Positions 34,438-61,489 of a stretch of DNA of 64,000 nucleotides are shown here, one piece after another; positions within the stretch are counted from its first letter, which is position 1, and each line of letters starts with the position of its first letter. The DNA is taken from contig NIVC01001939.1 of the NCBI GenBank assembly GCA_002269645.1, positions 1 through 64,000 of the forward strand. The letters run 5' to 3'. Both the position numbers and the translations under genes were made by a program. The notes beneath the pieces were generated by a model. It saw only the letters and a program-made list of their open reading frames with translations. It did not search any database and was not told the DNA's origin. This DNA is from Macrostomum lignano. Lineage: Eukaryota.

Positions 34438-34844
34438 GGTAAGAAAATTCATATAATTTTAAAAGACTAACAAGGCAACTTCCCAGTAGCTTGAAGGCAT
34501 ACAGTATACACACAAAATTACTCTGATGAAGCACGTTATGTGATCTATCGAATTTCGATAAAAAAACAACACGTCGGCTGCGTAGACAGCTGTATCAAGT
34601 GTCGTCTGTGGGGATTCAGAAAAACCGCAGTCATTCCCGCTACGTCCATCGATTGCTCATCTTTTCCCTTCTCATCCCCGCCGTGCATGGCAGCCCGCAA
34701 TTTTATCTCTTCCTTGCTGCTGGTCCCCAGCTAATCATCTTTTCTACCGCAGTTCTTATTCTCTATCTGATTACATCTTTCGTTGCATCCCTCTTCAAAC
34801 AGTATTTTTCTCTGCATTAACTCAGAGATGTATAAATATGGATT

Positions 34845-35660
34845 TCGAGTTCAAAACAGCTGCAGTTTTGAACTTAGCAGAATTCAAAACTGTACAGTTC
34901 TGAGCTGAGCAGAATTCAAAACAGTGTAGTTTTGAGCTGAGCAGAATTAAAAGCAACTGCAGTTTCGAGCTGAGCAGAATTCAAAGCAACTGCAGTTTTG
35001 AGCTGAGCAGATTTCAAAGCAACTGCAGTTCTGAGCTGCAGTTTTGAGCTGAGCAGAGTTCAAAGCAACTGCAGTTTTGAGCTGAGCAGAATTCAAAGCA
35101 ACTGCAGTTTTGAGCTGAGCAGAGTTCAAAGCAACTGCAGCTTTGAGCTGAGCAGAATTCAAAGCAACTGCAGCTTTGAGCTGAGCAGAATTCAAAGCAA
35201 CTGCAGTTCTGAGCTGAGCAGAGTTCAAAGCAACTGCAGTTTTGAGCTGAGCAGAATTCAAAGCAACTGCAGCTTTGAGCTGAGCAGAATTCAAAGCAAC
35301 TGCAGCTTTGAGCTGAGCGGAGTTCAAAGCAACTGCAGTTCTGAGCTGAGCAGAATTCAAAGCAACTGCAGTTCTGAGCTGAGCAGAATTCAAAACAACT
35401 GCAGTTTTGAGCTGAGCGGAGTTCAAAGCAACTGCAGCTTTGAGCTGAGCAGAATTCAAAGCAACTGCAGTTTTGAGCTGAGCAGAGTTCAAAGCAACTG
35501 CAGCTTTGAGCTGAGCAGAATTCAAAGCAACTGCAGTTCTGAGCTGAGCAGAATTCAAAGCAACTGCAGCTTTGAGCTGAGCAGAATTCAAAGCAACTGC
35601 AGCTTTGAGCTGAGCGGAGTTCAAAGCAACTGCAGTTCTGAGCTGAGCGGAGTTCAAAGC
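34845..35660. repeat. 33-bp minisatellite (tttgagctgagcagaattcaaagcaactgcagt)
   Basis: About 24 copies. Confidence 0.95.
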
Positions 35661-36242
35661 ACTCTGAATGTCTGAATACTCGTATATTGTACGTGACTTC
35701 CCGTACTTGACTGAACAAAATTGTTGAGTTAACAAAAATCGCAGTTAGTATGAACTGCAATGTTTGCTCTCAGTTCTGCCCTTCTTGTCTACCTTGTGCC
35801 TCTATGCATAGGACTTGCAGTAAGGGCTGAACAAAGCTCTGCTTAGTCGGGTGTGGATTCCTCAATATTCTCGATTTCTCTTCTAAAGCTCGGGTGTCAC
35901 TCACGGAAAATTCTCCAACAGCAGCCAGGAGCCCTCAGCGAGGCTAAAGTGTTGCAAATTGTTGCTTCAAAATTCTTCTCGTTGGCGCTTTGCCTCTTCT
36001 TCAATTTCCTAGCATAAGCTTGTGCACTTTACTTTGCACTTTTAATGGATACTTCTCTCTGTTCGCTCCCACTGGATGCCCTTTCTTGCTCGTTCTCAGC
36101 CGAAAATTGAACTTGATATTGCTTCCGGCATGCAGCTGTACGTCTTGACTTAACTTGACTTAGCTGCAGGGCTGTCCCGGAGGGGACACAGCGGGAAGGC
36201 GCGGGCGCCCATTCCGCTAGTCCCTGAACGGCCGACGCGTCG

Positions 36243-39200
36243 CTATGGACGGAGGGTTGGCGCCGCCCAGGGAGGTCCCCCAGTGTCGCCAGCAGCTATG
36301 GTGCTCTCTGGAAAGGAGAGTTCAGCCCTGCGGGTGGCCCGAAGGTAGCGCATGAGCTGATTAAAGTTTTCGGGTTTGCACGCTTCAGTAATAGATGTGT
36401 GTGGCCCGAGGTAAGTGAGTCTGGCCCGCGTGAAGGCGGGACAGATGCTGACGAAATGCTCAGCGGTTTCGTCACCTGAGTTGCAGAAACTACAGGTGGC
36501 GTTGGTGGCGTTGCCCTGCAGGTACTGGTGCCTGGAGAAGCAGCCGTGACCAGAGAGGGTCATGGCAGCCCGGATGTCTCTGCGCGAGAGGCGCAAGAGG
36601 AGCTTCCGGAGCTGGTGAGAGGGCTGAGGGACAGCGCCTCTGGATTGCCTGCAGTTCGTGCGGTTCGCCCAAGTCGAGCGGTGCTGAGTCCTGATCCACG
36701 CTTTGATGCGCGAGTCGATGACACAGCCAGGAATCGGGACAAGAGGTTCGGGGCCGAGAGAGGAGCCGGAGGCACCAACTTTTGCAAGGGTGTCAGCCAA
36801 CTCATTTCCTCGGATCCCCACATGCCCCGGAACCCACTTAAGGGTAATTTTGTTGGCGGAACCCAACACGTTGAGGAGTTTGATACAGTCGAGGACTGTA
36901 GCAGAGTTGGTGCTGCAGCCACTGATGGCGTGCAAGGCAGCTTGGCTGTCCGAATGGAAAATGATGTTCTTACCAGTAACGCCAGTGGCGAGAAGCTCTG
37001 CAGTGCAGGAGCTGATGGCCAGAACTTCATTTTGGAAAACACTGGAGTTGACCCCAGTGTATTGAGCGTGGGTAGCAATGACCCTCTCGTTCAGAAAGAT
37101 TCCAACACCAAAGCCGGTGTTGGCTGACTGCTTAGAACCGTCGGTGTAGCAATGAAGCTCACCAGGGTTCCATTGGTCATTGATGTTATCGCGCGAGTCG
37201 ATAGCTACGGAGTAGCGCTGTCTCAGGTTGAGCGTTGAGGCAATGCCATCGGTGAAGACGCGATTGGCCTGACACTCGTTGAGAAAGTTGAGGCACAGAT
37301 CGCTATGCGGGACAAGGTTCCGCTTAGCAGGTGCTCTCATGTAAATGAATTTGACGCCGGCATCAATTAGACGCCGCGTCGTTCTAGCCGCCTCACCCCT
37401 GATGAAGAGGTCAAGAGGCGGAAGATTAAGGAAGGCCCCCATGCCAGCAAAGGGCATGGACCTGGTGGCGTTGCAGATGAGCCTACACGCTCTGCCTTGG
37501 ATCGTGTTGAGCAGGTCTGCATGGCTTTTGACCTGGGTAGCGCTAACCCAGACAACAGAGGCGTACGTAATGGCAGGTCTAACTACGGAAGTATAGATCC
37601 ACCAAAGCCGCTTTGGGGATAGACCCCAAGAAGTGCCAAGTGCTCGTCGGAGCTGGGCCAGGATGGCTGAGGCACGCTTGGCTTTTGCTTTCACGTGGGA
37701 GGACCAGTTGAACCGGTGGTCAAGTATGACCCCGAGACATCTGGTCTGGTGCGCGAAGGCAATATCTCTGCCGTAGAGCTGCAGAGGACGTATGTTCCAG
37801 CGTAGTCTGCTGGTAAACATAATGGCAACGGTTTTGGGCTCAGAGAGTTCCAGACCATTGTCATTGGCCCAAGATTCTGCTTTGCGGATAAAGCTCTGCA
37901 TCAGATCCCTGAGCGTGCTGGGAGACGGTCCTGCCACAATGGCCGTGACGTCATCAGCATACCCGACTTTGAAGACGGGGTCGGGTCGGGAGTCACTCAA
38001 AAGAGCGTCCATGACCAGGTTCCAGAGCGTCGGGGTGAGGACTCCGCCTTGGGGTCCACCCTTACAGACTCTGGTGGAGGCAGTTTGCCCAAGAAGTTGG
38101 GCAGTGACCGTACGGTTGGAGATCATGTACATGGTCCACCGTATGAGGGTAGCATGAGCTTTGCGATTTTGAAGGGCCCTCTGAAACGCTTCAAAGATAA
38201 CGTTGTCGAAGGCGCCAACAATGTCAAGAAAGAGAGCCAGAGCGTAACCGTCACCCAGTACCGCCCTTTCAATCTTCTCGACAATCGCATGCAGGGCGCT
38301 GTCAGTCGACCTCCCGGTACGGAAGGCGTGCTGATTATTGCTGAGGGGCATCGCTGTCAGCTCGCAGGACAGCAGCCGCCAGAGAATAAGCCTCTCAGTG
38401 AGCTTAAGCATTGCTGACGTTAAGCTAATAGGCCGGAAGGCCTTGACGCTTTGGTAGTCACCCTTCCCAGGTTTGGGAATAAAGACTACCCGAGCTTCAG
38501 TCCAGCATTTGGGAACGTATCCCAGCTGGATAGAGGCCCGCATATGATTGCGGGTGAGTCTCAGGAACGAGGGTATCTTGGCTGCTTCACGAAGGAGAAC
38601 AGGGTAGATACCATCAGGTCCAGGAGATTTGAAGGGTTTGAAGGTTCTGACCGCACGAGCGATTAGGTCTTCAGTGACAATGCCCGCCGCTAGGGTGGCT
38701 CCATCCATCGAATGGTTGGGCTCTGGTCTAGCAGTAGGTACCCTCGGGAAGAATGTGCTAAGCATATGCTGAAGCACTTCTTCAGGGTCTTTAGTAAGAG
38801 AGCCATCATCTTTTTTGATCATGGCTAATTTGGACATTTTGTCCATTGTAAGGGCCTTGACAAGCCTAGAAGTAGGTCTGTCTTGATCCAATTCATTGCA
38901 GAATTGGCGCCACTTACATTCCTTGGCCTTGCGCACTTCAGATTTGAAATTGCGGGAGGCTTGCCGGAAAAGCTCCATGTCCTCCGGGTTTCCGGTCTTC
39001 ATGGCACGGCGATGAAGGCTTTTGGCCTTCCGCCTGAGTTTCCCCAGCTCCGGGTTCCACCACGGCGCCGAGGTCTTGCCTTTGTAGGCGCGAGCAGGAC
39101 AAGCCGCTTCGTAGGCTTCAATAATGCAACCTGTCAGCGTCTCAGCCATATGATCCACATCCTAGCAGGTCTCAATCGGACGTAAGTCCGTGAGTTCCTG

Positions 39201-40354
39201 CAGGTGCAGATCAAGGGCAGCCTTGTAGGCCGCCCAATCAGTGTTGCGGATATTGCGTCTCCAAGTGATCGGAGACTGGGTTTTAGTGTCCGCGATGTTA
39301 AAGGCGATAAAGCAGTGGTCAGACAGGGAGGGCTCCTCAGACCAGACTCTCCACTCCTCAACTCTGTCAAAGAGTCTTGGGGTAACGAGTGTGGCGTCGA
39401 GGACCTCGGTCCATCTGCCATTATTAAAGGTAGGAGTGCTGCCGCGGTTGCAGAGCATGAGGTTTGTGTTAGAGATGAGGGCCAGAAGCTCCTCTCCTCT
39501 AGTGTTGGTATCTTTGCTGCCCCAGTGCTTGTGGTGCGCGTTGAGGTCGCCCCCTAAGCACAGCTCAGCGTTCTGGGACTCGCAGTACTGCGCAAGGCGC
39601 AGTAAACTCTCGGGAGCAGGGTCTCTGTCGCCTGGGATATAAACCGAGGCAACAAGACACGTACGCGGAGAGAAATGATTAGATTGGATGACGCAAAGGT
39701 CTCCATCAGAGAGATCAGTCCTCAGCCAAGCCTGGAGATGACGGGGGCCGTAGCCCAGCGGTAGCGCAGCTGCTCTGGTGTGCCGCGACCCAGGCTCGAT
39801 TCCAAGTGCAGCCACTTTATTTTGGGGCTGGATTGGAATATAGGCTTGGCTCGCTTGTGCAATTAACGGCCTTGAGAGCCAACCCCCCAAGGCGCAGTGA
39901 AGTGTACATGCCTAACAATTGATAAAGTTAGGGCCGCTGTACACTCCTGTGTGAGTGTGTGCCTGCGTAACGTATCCGCGCGCTTGTATGCCTGCTCAGG
40001 GGAGTCGGCGGAATGGGCAGTAATGCCTCTCGCCGGTTGTGTGCCAATGACGCTTAAATTGTGCCAGGGTGCACACAACCCCCCTGCCTCTAATAAAATA
40101 AAAGCCTGGAGATGGCTAGCAGCGAGGATAGCCGCTCTAGGGCGGCTGTTCCCCGGGCCACACACATAAAAATCAGAGTAGCCAGAGGGAATGTTGGGCA
40201 ACTTACCGTTGCGCATCCAGGGTTCCTGGATCAGGATGAGGCCTGGCCTGTACAGCTCAGCAATCTTCATCAGATTTACTGACGCAGATACGCAATGCTG
40301 TAAATTAATTTGCAGACAGAATGTCGCTCCTTTGGCAGCGTGGAGCTTAGTCAT
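36243..40354 (-). pseudogene. LINE ORF2 (endonuclease/reverse transcriptase/RNase H), disabled by a SINE insertion and one TAG at 39164-39162
   Basis: Removing 374 nt (SINE plus one TSD copy) fuses ..AASHLQA|WLRTDLSDGD.. in frame. The TAG at 39162 is followed in frame by GAT GTG. Confidence 0.9.
39741..40101 (+). mobile_element. 361-bp tRNA-derived SINE inserted antisense into the LINE endonuclease domain, 13-bp TSD AAGCCTGGAGATG
   Basis: TSD at 39728-39740 and 40102-40114. Head GGGGGCCGTAGCCCAGCGGTAG (A-box) ... GGCTCGATTCC (B-box). A-rich tail AATAAAATA. Confidence 0.9.
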
Positions 40355-41529
40355 ACTGTATTAAATGCAATTTCTGGCTAGAGCCCAGGGCCATCAAGGA
40401 GACTTGGACAACAGATCGTCCTCGTCCCAGGCCGCTGGGGCTTGACTGGGAGATGGGAGTTGGTCGACGTCCATGGCCTCCTCACCCCCACCGCCCCCCC
40501 CCCAGCAGAGTCCTCAGGCTCCGATGACAGGATGGAGGAAGCTTCCTCACCTGCATCTGCAGACCCCACCAGGGTGGCCGAGGAGAGCTCGGATTCCGAA
40601 GACCCGGCCTCGTCCTCAACTCCTTCTCCGACTGACAGGTTTGGTTCCCGGGGCCTGCCTTTTGGCGCGTTGTTTAGAGCGTTTGCGCTCAAGCCGAGCC
40701 CGCTGAGCTTCATCGGATCTGCCAGATTTGGCCGGTCCTTTAGGCTCAGAGCTCGCGGTTTGCTTAGATCCACCAGCGGAGCTGGCAGGTCTTTGGGTAT
40801 TATGAGTTTGGTAGCTGTGGTCGGATCTGCCAGCAGAGCCAGCCGGTCCTTCCTTTGCCACAGTTGAATCAGTCGGTTGGGATCTGCCAGCAGGGCCGGC
40901 CGGTCCTTCGGACTGAGGTTGGGGTTTAGAAGGGTCCCCGTCCCTAGAAAAAGCTTTGTTATCCATAATCGGCTCGAAGGCCATGATAAAAGGTTGGTGG
41001 GCTACCCTCAAAGGGGCGCGGTATCCACCCGGCCGCTCCACCTGACCGGGCAGTAGGCCAATAGCACCCTCAAGGCTGGCCCGACACCAGGAGGGGGACC
41101 GCTTGCGACCGGACTACTCCCCGGCCTTCCAGCCCATCGGCACGGTCAACACCTTAGGCATTAGAGAGTACGTTGAGCAGTACCACGGCCTGCAGGTTGG
41201 CGAGCCAGACCCGCATACCCAAATTCGGCCGAAGCCACTGGATAGGGTCGCCAGCGCCGGAGCCCAGTCTGTCCAGCAGCCCTAGGGACTGCCTTGAACA
41301 CACGCGGGGACGAGTACCCTGGGTCGACTTGCGAGACAGCGTGGGGGGGGGGGGTCTGCGGCTGCCAGAGGCAAATAGCGGGTGCAGACCTCCCACCAGC
41401 CTTGACCTGCTGAAGATAGGGGCAGGCGTGAAGCATCGCAGACCTTAGCCCATGGGCCTAGTCTGTCTCATACTTCACTGGCATGCTGAATACGCCTTCG
41501 CGTGCAGCTGTACGTCACTCTCACTCTTT

Positions 41530-42270
41530 TAACTGTTCCATTCTTCCTAAACTCTCCTATTCTTCCCTAATCTCCCTCTCCTATCCTTCCCCAATCTCCC
41601 TCTCCTATTCTTCCCCTAATCTCCCTCTCCTATTCTTCCCCAGTCACCCTCTCCTATTCTTCCCCAGTCACCCTCTCCTATTCTTCCCCAGTCACCCTCT
41701 CCTATTCTTTCCCGAATCTCCCTCTCCTATTCTTCCCCAATCTCCCTCTCCTATTCTTCCCCAATCTCCCTCTCCTATCCTTCCCCAATCTCCCTCTCCT
41801 ATCCTTCCCCAATCTCCCTCTCCTATTCTTCCCCAATCTCCCTCTCCTATCCTTCCCCAATCACCCTCTCCTATTCTTTCCCGAATCTCCCTCTCCTATT
41901 CTTCCCCAATCTCCCTCTCCTATTCTTCCCCAATCTCCCTCTCCTATCCTTCCCCAATCTCCCTCTCCTATCCTTCCCCAATCTCCCTCTCCTATTCTTC
42001 CCCTAATCTCCCTCTCCTATTCTTCCCCTAATCTCTCTCTCCTATTCTTCCCCAATCTCCCTCTCCTATTCTTCCCCTAATCTCCCTCTCCTATTCTTCC
42101 CCAATCTCCCTCTCCTATCCTTCCCCAATCTCCCTCTCCTATCCTTCCCCAATCTCCCTCTCCTATTCTTCCCCAATCTCCTTCTCCTATTCTTCCCCTA
42201 TCTGTCCTGTTCTTCCCCATTCTCACTCTCCTATTCTTTCCCAATCTTCCTCTCATGTTCTTCCCAAATC
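41530..42270. repeat. 24-bp CT-rich minisatellite (ctccctctcctattcttccccaat)
   Basis: About 30 copies. Confidence 0.95.
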
Positions 42271-43058
42271 TCTTATCATTCTCTTTGTTATCACCATAGC
42301 TAGATTTTGTAGTTTCAATCGACTAACTCAAGACCTTCGCCTTTTTGCTCATGAGGAATCTCTCCTCATAGCGACAGCAAGCGATCCCTGAAGATTTGTG
42401 ACAGGACTCCCAGTCTAATTCCAGGATTTGCAGTATTAGTTGGGACTTTTTCCAACTTTTTCCAGTCGTTAATACCCAGCAGTTTTCAGTAAATAGAGAA
42501 GACTAAGAGAGATTTCGAATTCAGGGAAAAACTCAAGGGAAGAGAGAAGGGATTAGAAAAGCAAATAATGTTTTGCGGCATGATTTCTGCCATCTGCCGC
42601 GGCTTGCGGGGCTAATCCCCTCTGCTCTAGTGGCAGAATCTCTCGCACGCTAATCCCCCTCTAAGTCCCCCTTTTCCCTCATCCCCTCCCCATCATGCGG
42701 AATCCTCAGCCGAGAGGAATCCCAGGCTCGGCCGGTTCCCCATCACGGTAAGTTGTAAAAATCCCCACAGTCCCCAGCAGCGCACCTCTGCTGAGCTGTC
42801 CGATCCCAGCCCCTGCACTCTTCCCCCTAGTGTAATTGGCCTCATCAGCGCTCCAGCCATTGCCTGCAGTCGTCCGCGTACTGCTGCTCCCTGTGCCCCC
42901 CCCACCCCTCTCTCCCTCTCACTGCCGTCCCCTTAAAACCGGCAAAAAATTGTCCCATCCAATCCCAGTCCGCCTCAGCTGCTGCGGTGATTAAAACAGA
43001 ACTATTTTACAGGGAGGGAGACAGAGTTGAGAGACAAAGGAAATAAATCAAGAGAGCC

Positions 43059-56731
<13,673 letters not shown>

Positions 56732-56784
56732 ACGGCTTATCGGCTGGATTATCCATAGGATTATCCGTTAGATTTTAGTATAAC

Positions 56785-57312
56785 TTTGATTGAATTATCG
56801 ATTGATTGAATTATCGATTGCTTGAATTATCGATTGATTGAGCTATCGATTGATTGAATTATCGATTGATTGATTGAATTATCGATTGATTGAATTATCG
56901 ATTGATTTAATTATCGATTGATTGATTTATCGATTGATTGAAGTATCGATTGATTAAATTATCGATTGATTGAATTATCGATTGATTGAAGTATCGCTTG
57001 ATTAAATTATCGATTGATTGAATTATCGATCGATTGAAGTATCGATTGATTGAATTATTGATTGATTGAATTATTGATTGATTGAATTGTTGATTGATTG
57101 AATTATCGATTGATTGAATTATCGATTAATTTAATTATCGATTGATTGATTTATCGATTGATTGAATTATTTATTGATTGAATTATTTATTGATTGAATT
57201 GTTGATTGATTGGATTATCGATTGATTGGATTATCGATTGATTGGATTATCGATTGATTAAAGTATCGATTGATTGAATTATCGGTGGATTGAATCGTCG
57301 ATTGATTAATTT
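56785..57312. repeat. 16-bp AT-rich minisatellite (attgattgaattatcg) just 3' of the KLHL8 stop
   Basis: Direct observation. Confidence 0.9.
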
Positions 57313-58044
57313 ATCGATAAACTCATAAATTGGATCATTGACACGATAATGGATCGGATTATTGTGAATAGGATTAAGCATGACTAAGCTTATGGACCAT
57401 ATTATGGATCAACGATTTGATAACAGATCAGATTCTTACTGCTCAACGCATCTCATCTATTCCACTGATTTATTTAATTCTGTCCACTGAAAGATTTTGT
57501 ACCCCTGCAAGCTGGCATTTGCCTGCTTTTTATCAACAAGTGTATGCAGTTGTTGCTTGAACTCGATTTCCTTATTTGCTTCAATGCAGCTGAATGAAAG
57601 GTAAATAAAAATTTCTTCTGTTTTCGATCGAAAATTCGAAACTTTCACAGACTAGCGCCCGGCGGCCAGCGTCTCAGTGCTCAGAATTTTCTGCTCGAGG
57701 GTTTCCTACGAGATGAGAAGCTCAACGAGTGCCGCCTCCGAGCCTCATGTGGGGAGAACTTGGCAAAGGGGATCTGCGCCGAGCTTATGCTAAGGGCTAA
57801 GGGATATTTTTCCTGCTTCTCCCGCTTTTTTATCGAAAGCTCGCGTGAGCTTTGGAGCAGCAAAGACTGCCGGGTCAAGGCCGGGGGCACCACAGCAGGA
57901 GGGGTTTTAGACGGGGCGGAAAATGAAGACTCGACGAAACTGAAAGACAGCTTCATTGAGCGCGTCCTTCTCGCGTCACAGACACGCGTCCGGATCGGTA
58001 CACTGCTCGGGCGGCCCGACACGCGACGCGTCCTGACTGACTGC

Positions 58045-58095
58045 TGACTAGCTAGCTAACTAGCTAGCTAACAAACTAACTAACTAACTAGCTAG

Positions 58096-58126
<31 letters not shown>

Positions 58127-58127
58127 G

Positions 58128-58166
<39 letters not shown>

Positions 58167-58283
58167 GCTAACTAACTAGCTAACTAACTAACTAACTAAC
58201 TAGCTAACTAACTAACTAACTAGCTAGCTAACTAACTGAATAACTAGCTAGCTAACTAACTAACTAGCTAACTAACTAACTAG

Positions 58284-58314
<31 letters not shown>

Positions 58315-58327
58315 GCTAACTAACTAG

Positions 58328-58358
<31 letters not shown>

Positions 58359-58359
58359 G

Positions 58360-58398
<39 letters not shown>

Positions 58399-58748
58399 GC
58401 TAGCTAGCTAACTAACTAGCTAACTAACTAACTAACTAACTAGCTAACTAACTAACTAACTAGCTAGCTAACTAACTAACTAGCTAACTAACTAACGAAC
58501 TAACTAGCTAACTAACTAACTAACTAGCTAGCTAACTAACTGAATAACTAACTAACTAACTAACTAACTAGCTAGCTAACTAACTAGCTAGCTAGCTAAC
58601 TAACTAGCTAACTAACTAACTAACTAACTAGCTAACTAACTAACTAACTAGCTAGCTAACTAACTGAATAACTAGCTAACTAACTAACTAACTAGCTAGC
58701 TAACTAACTAGCTAGCTAACTAACTAACTAACTAACTAAGTAAGTAAG

Positions 58749-58779
<31 letters not shown>

Positions 58780-58797
58780 TTAACTAACTAACTAACC
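58045..58797. repeat. (TAAC/TAGC)n microsatellite
   Basis: Direct observation. Confidence 0.97.
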
Positions 58798-59744
58798 TGC
58801 TGAAAACATTTCGAGACTTATATTGAAATTTTGAGTTTCCTCATATCCCATTGCACCCCAGGACACAGTGCAAAATCAGCGGTCTCTTGTGAGACCAATC
58901 ACCCAGTGGAATAGGCCAAAAAGCCGGTTGGAAAACAATCACTGACAGGCAGAATTGGAGAAGAATCGAGCAGAAAACGAATCAGTAAGCAGAAACGGTT
59001 TTTAGCAGTAAGCGAATGCGGAGGCCTAGCGGATAAGTCCGCCAGGCGCTTGCGTGCCTAGCTGACATTTCTGGGTTTGACAAGAAGGGACCGCGCCGAA
59101 AGCAGCAGCTAAAGCGTTGGGAGGGGGGGGGGCTACAGCTGCGGCTTTGATAGGAGGCTAAGATAAGCCTTCAATCTGAGGATTCGCTCTGCAGGCACAC
59201 AAGCCGAGCTGTGTGTCCCATGCACTCTTGCGCGTGTGAGCAGCTACCGCAGTCGGGCATTGTACTGATTTCCTGCTTTAATGCCTTATTATTATGCAGT
59301 CCCTGTCCTGCTGGCTGTCAGCTCTGGCTATGCATTGTCCTCCTCTCTCTCCTGTAATCCAGCCGCCGTTTAATTCCCTCTCAGCCGTCCCTGAGCTGGC
59401 GGCGGCGAACTTTCGCTTAGCAATGGCCCGGGGAAAAACAACTGCAAGTGTTTGGCGGGCGAGGCTGAAAGCAACTCAGAGACTGCGTCTCATTAGCTTG
59501 GACACCTACAGCGGAAGTCTTTGACTGCAACTGGGGAGTGTGGGCTCTGCAGGGGTGGCTTTTGAAGGAGACAGGGGCATTGCGACATAAAACAGTGTAC
59601 AACTGAAGGATTTTACAGATAAACAACAACTCATGCCGCCAAAAATACCCTTCTGGTACGTCAGTAGTTGCTTATCATGCCCGTAGGCAACTCTTGTAGA
59701 CAACATCTAGCTACAAAATAGACAATAGATAAACGGGCACTAAG

Positions 59745-59766
59745 ACAGACAGACAGGCAGGCAGGC

Positions 59767-59805
<39 letters not shown>

Positions 59806-59870
59806 GAGACAGACAGACAGACACTAAGACAAACAGACAGACACCAAGACAGACAGACACTAAGACACTA

Positions 59871-59915
<45 letters not shown>

Positions 59916-60014
59916 GGCAGACAGACAGACAGACAGACACTAAGACACTAAGACACTAAGACAAACAGACAGACACTAAGACAAACAGACAGACACTAAG
60001 ACACTAAGACACTA

Positions 60015-60067
<53 letters not shown>

Positions 60068-60777
60068 CTAAGACACTAAGACACTAAGACAGACAGACAG
60101 ACACTAAGACACTAAGACACTAAGACACTAAGACAGACAGACAGACACTAAGACACTAAGACAGACAGACAGACAGACAGACAGCAGACAGACAGACAGA
60201 CACTAAGACACTAAGACAGACAGACAGACAGACAGACAGCAGACAGACAGACAGACAGACACTAAGACACTAAGACAGACAGACAGACAGACATACAGAC
60301 AGCAGACAGACAGACAGACACTAAGACACTAAGACAGACAGACAGACAGACAGACAGCAGACAGACAGACAGACAGACACTAAGACACTAAGACAGACAG
60401 ACAGACAGACAGACAGCAGACAGACAGACAGACACTAAGACACTAAGACAGACAGACAGACAGACAGACAGCAGACAGACAGACAGACAGACACTAAGAC
60501 ACTAAGACAGACAGACAGACAGACAGCAGACAGACAGACAGACAGACAGTCAGACAGACAGACAGACACTAAGACACTAAGACAGACAGACAGACAGACA
60601 GACAGCAGACAGACAGACAGACAGACAGACAGTCAGACAGACAGACAGACACTAAGACACTAAGACAGACAGACAGACAGACAGACAGCAGACAGACAGA
60701 CAGACAGACAGACAGTCAGACAGACAGACAGACAGACAGACAGACAGTCAGACAGACAGACAGACACTAAGACACTA

Positions 60778-60808
<31 letters not shown>
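59745..60808. repeat. (AGAC)n microsatellite with ACTAAGAC interruptions
   Basis: Direct observation. Confidence 0.97.
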
Positions 60809-61489
60809 TATTGAACGCTTCTAGTCCGAAAGACCTCAAAAACTCTCTCCTGCAGTTGCCACCGCCCGAGCACCATGAGAGTAGAAGTGTGGAGTCAGCT
60901 TGAGCAGAGGACTGATGCGGGTTACTGATATTTCATCCCGTTAGCTCAGAGATTGCAACTATGGAGGACGCAGCGCGTAGCCCATTATATATTATAGATG
61001 AAAAAGCAGTTAAGATGAAGCATTCAGCTAATATAAGATTTGTCACTACATAAAACGTCACGAGTGCCTCGCTAGCGAAGGTCCAATAGGGGTATATATT
61101 TAGCAGAATAAATATCTTCGAGCGTATCAACACAGACTGCTTCTGACACAAGCAATACAATATATAAGACGAGATTAGCATTTTTCGTAAATATCATTTG
61201 CTACAGTCTCTTCAATTAAGCGAAGCGGACAGGCCAAGGACAGCCTCCTGTTTATTATCCGAGCGAGCAGACAACAATTTTTGCCTTGGGGCAGGCAATC
61301 CTCATTGCCACAGTGTTCAGGGGGTCAATCACCGCTGGCTTGAAGCACGACTTGCATGAATTGCAGGTTGTTTGGGTTGGACAAAGTTAATTAAAAAAAT
61401 TGTGAAACACAATAACAATACCGCAGGTTAATAACTGGTTAGAGCTCACGGTGAGTCATTCAGTTCCGATGAGTGATTAGATTCGGAAT

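Larger units (their letters stand above)
36145..41502 (-). mobile_element. Full-length non-LTR retrotransposon (APE-RT-RNase H-zinc finger; I-group, LOA/Lian-like) with 14-bp TSD TGCAGCTGTACGTC
   Basis: TSD at 36131-36144 and 41503-41516. ORF2 at 40354-36243 has LQINLQH, ASVYIP, GGDLNAHH..WGS and SDH (endonuclease); PQGGVLTP and YADD (RT); YTDGSK, SDSQAAL and WVPGHVGIRGNELAD (RNase H); CSFC..ETAEH (zinc finger). 3' tail is (TAAGTCAAGT)2. Confidence 0.95.

Noticed and set aside
31834-35760. LNLAHLT, CQMSQIE and ALNSAQL repeat ORFs
   Set aside because: Tandem-repeat translations with no splice or domain support.
36180-36260. HDV-like ribozyme suggested by GCGGAATGGGC (similar to the HDV J4/2-P2 GGCGAATGGGAC)
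   Set aside because: I could find a possible P2 but no consistent P1/P3/L3 nested pseudoknot by eye. An Infernal or RNArobo search would settle it.
57681-58047. Overlapping 113-aa and 95-aa ORFs
   Set aside because: No recognisable domain or splice context.
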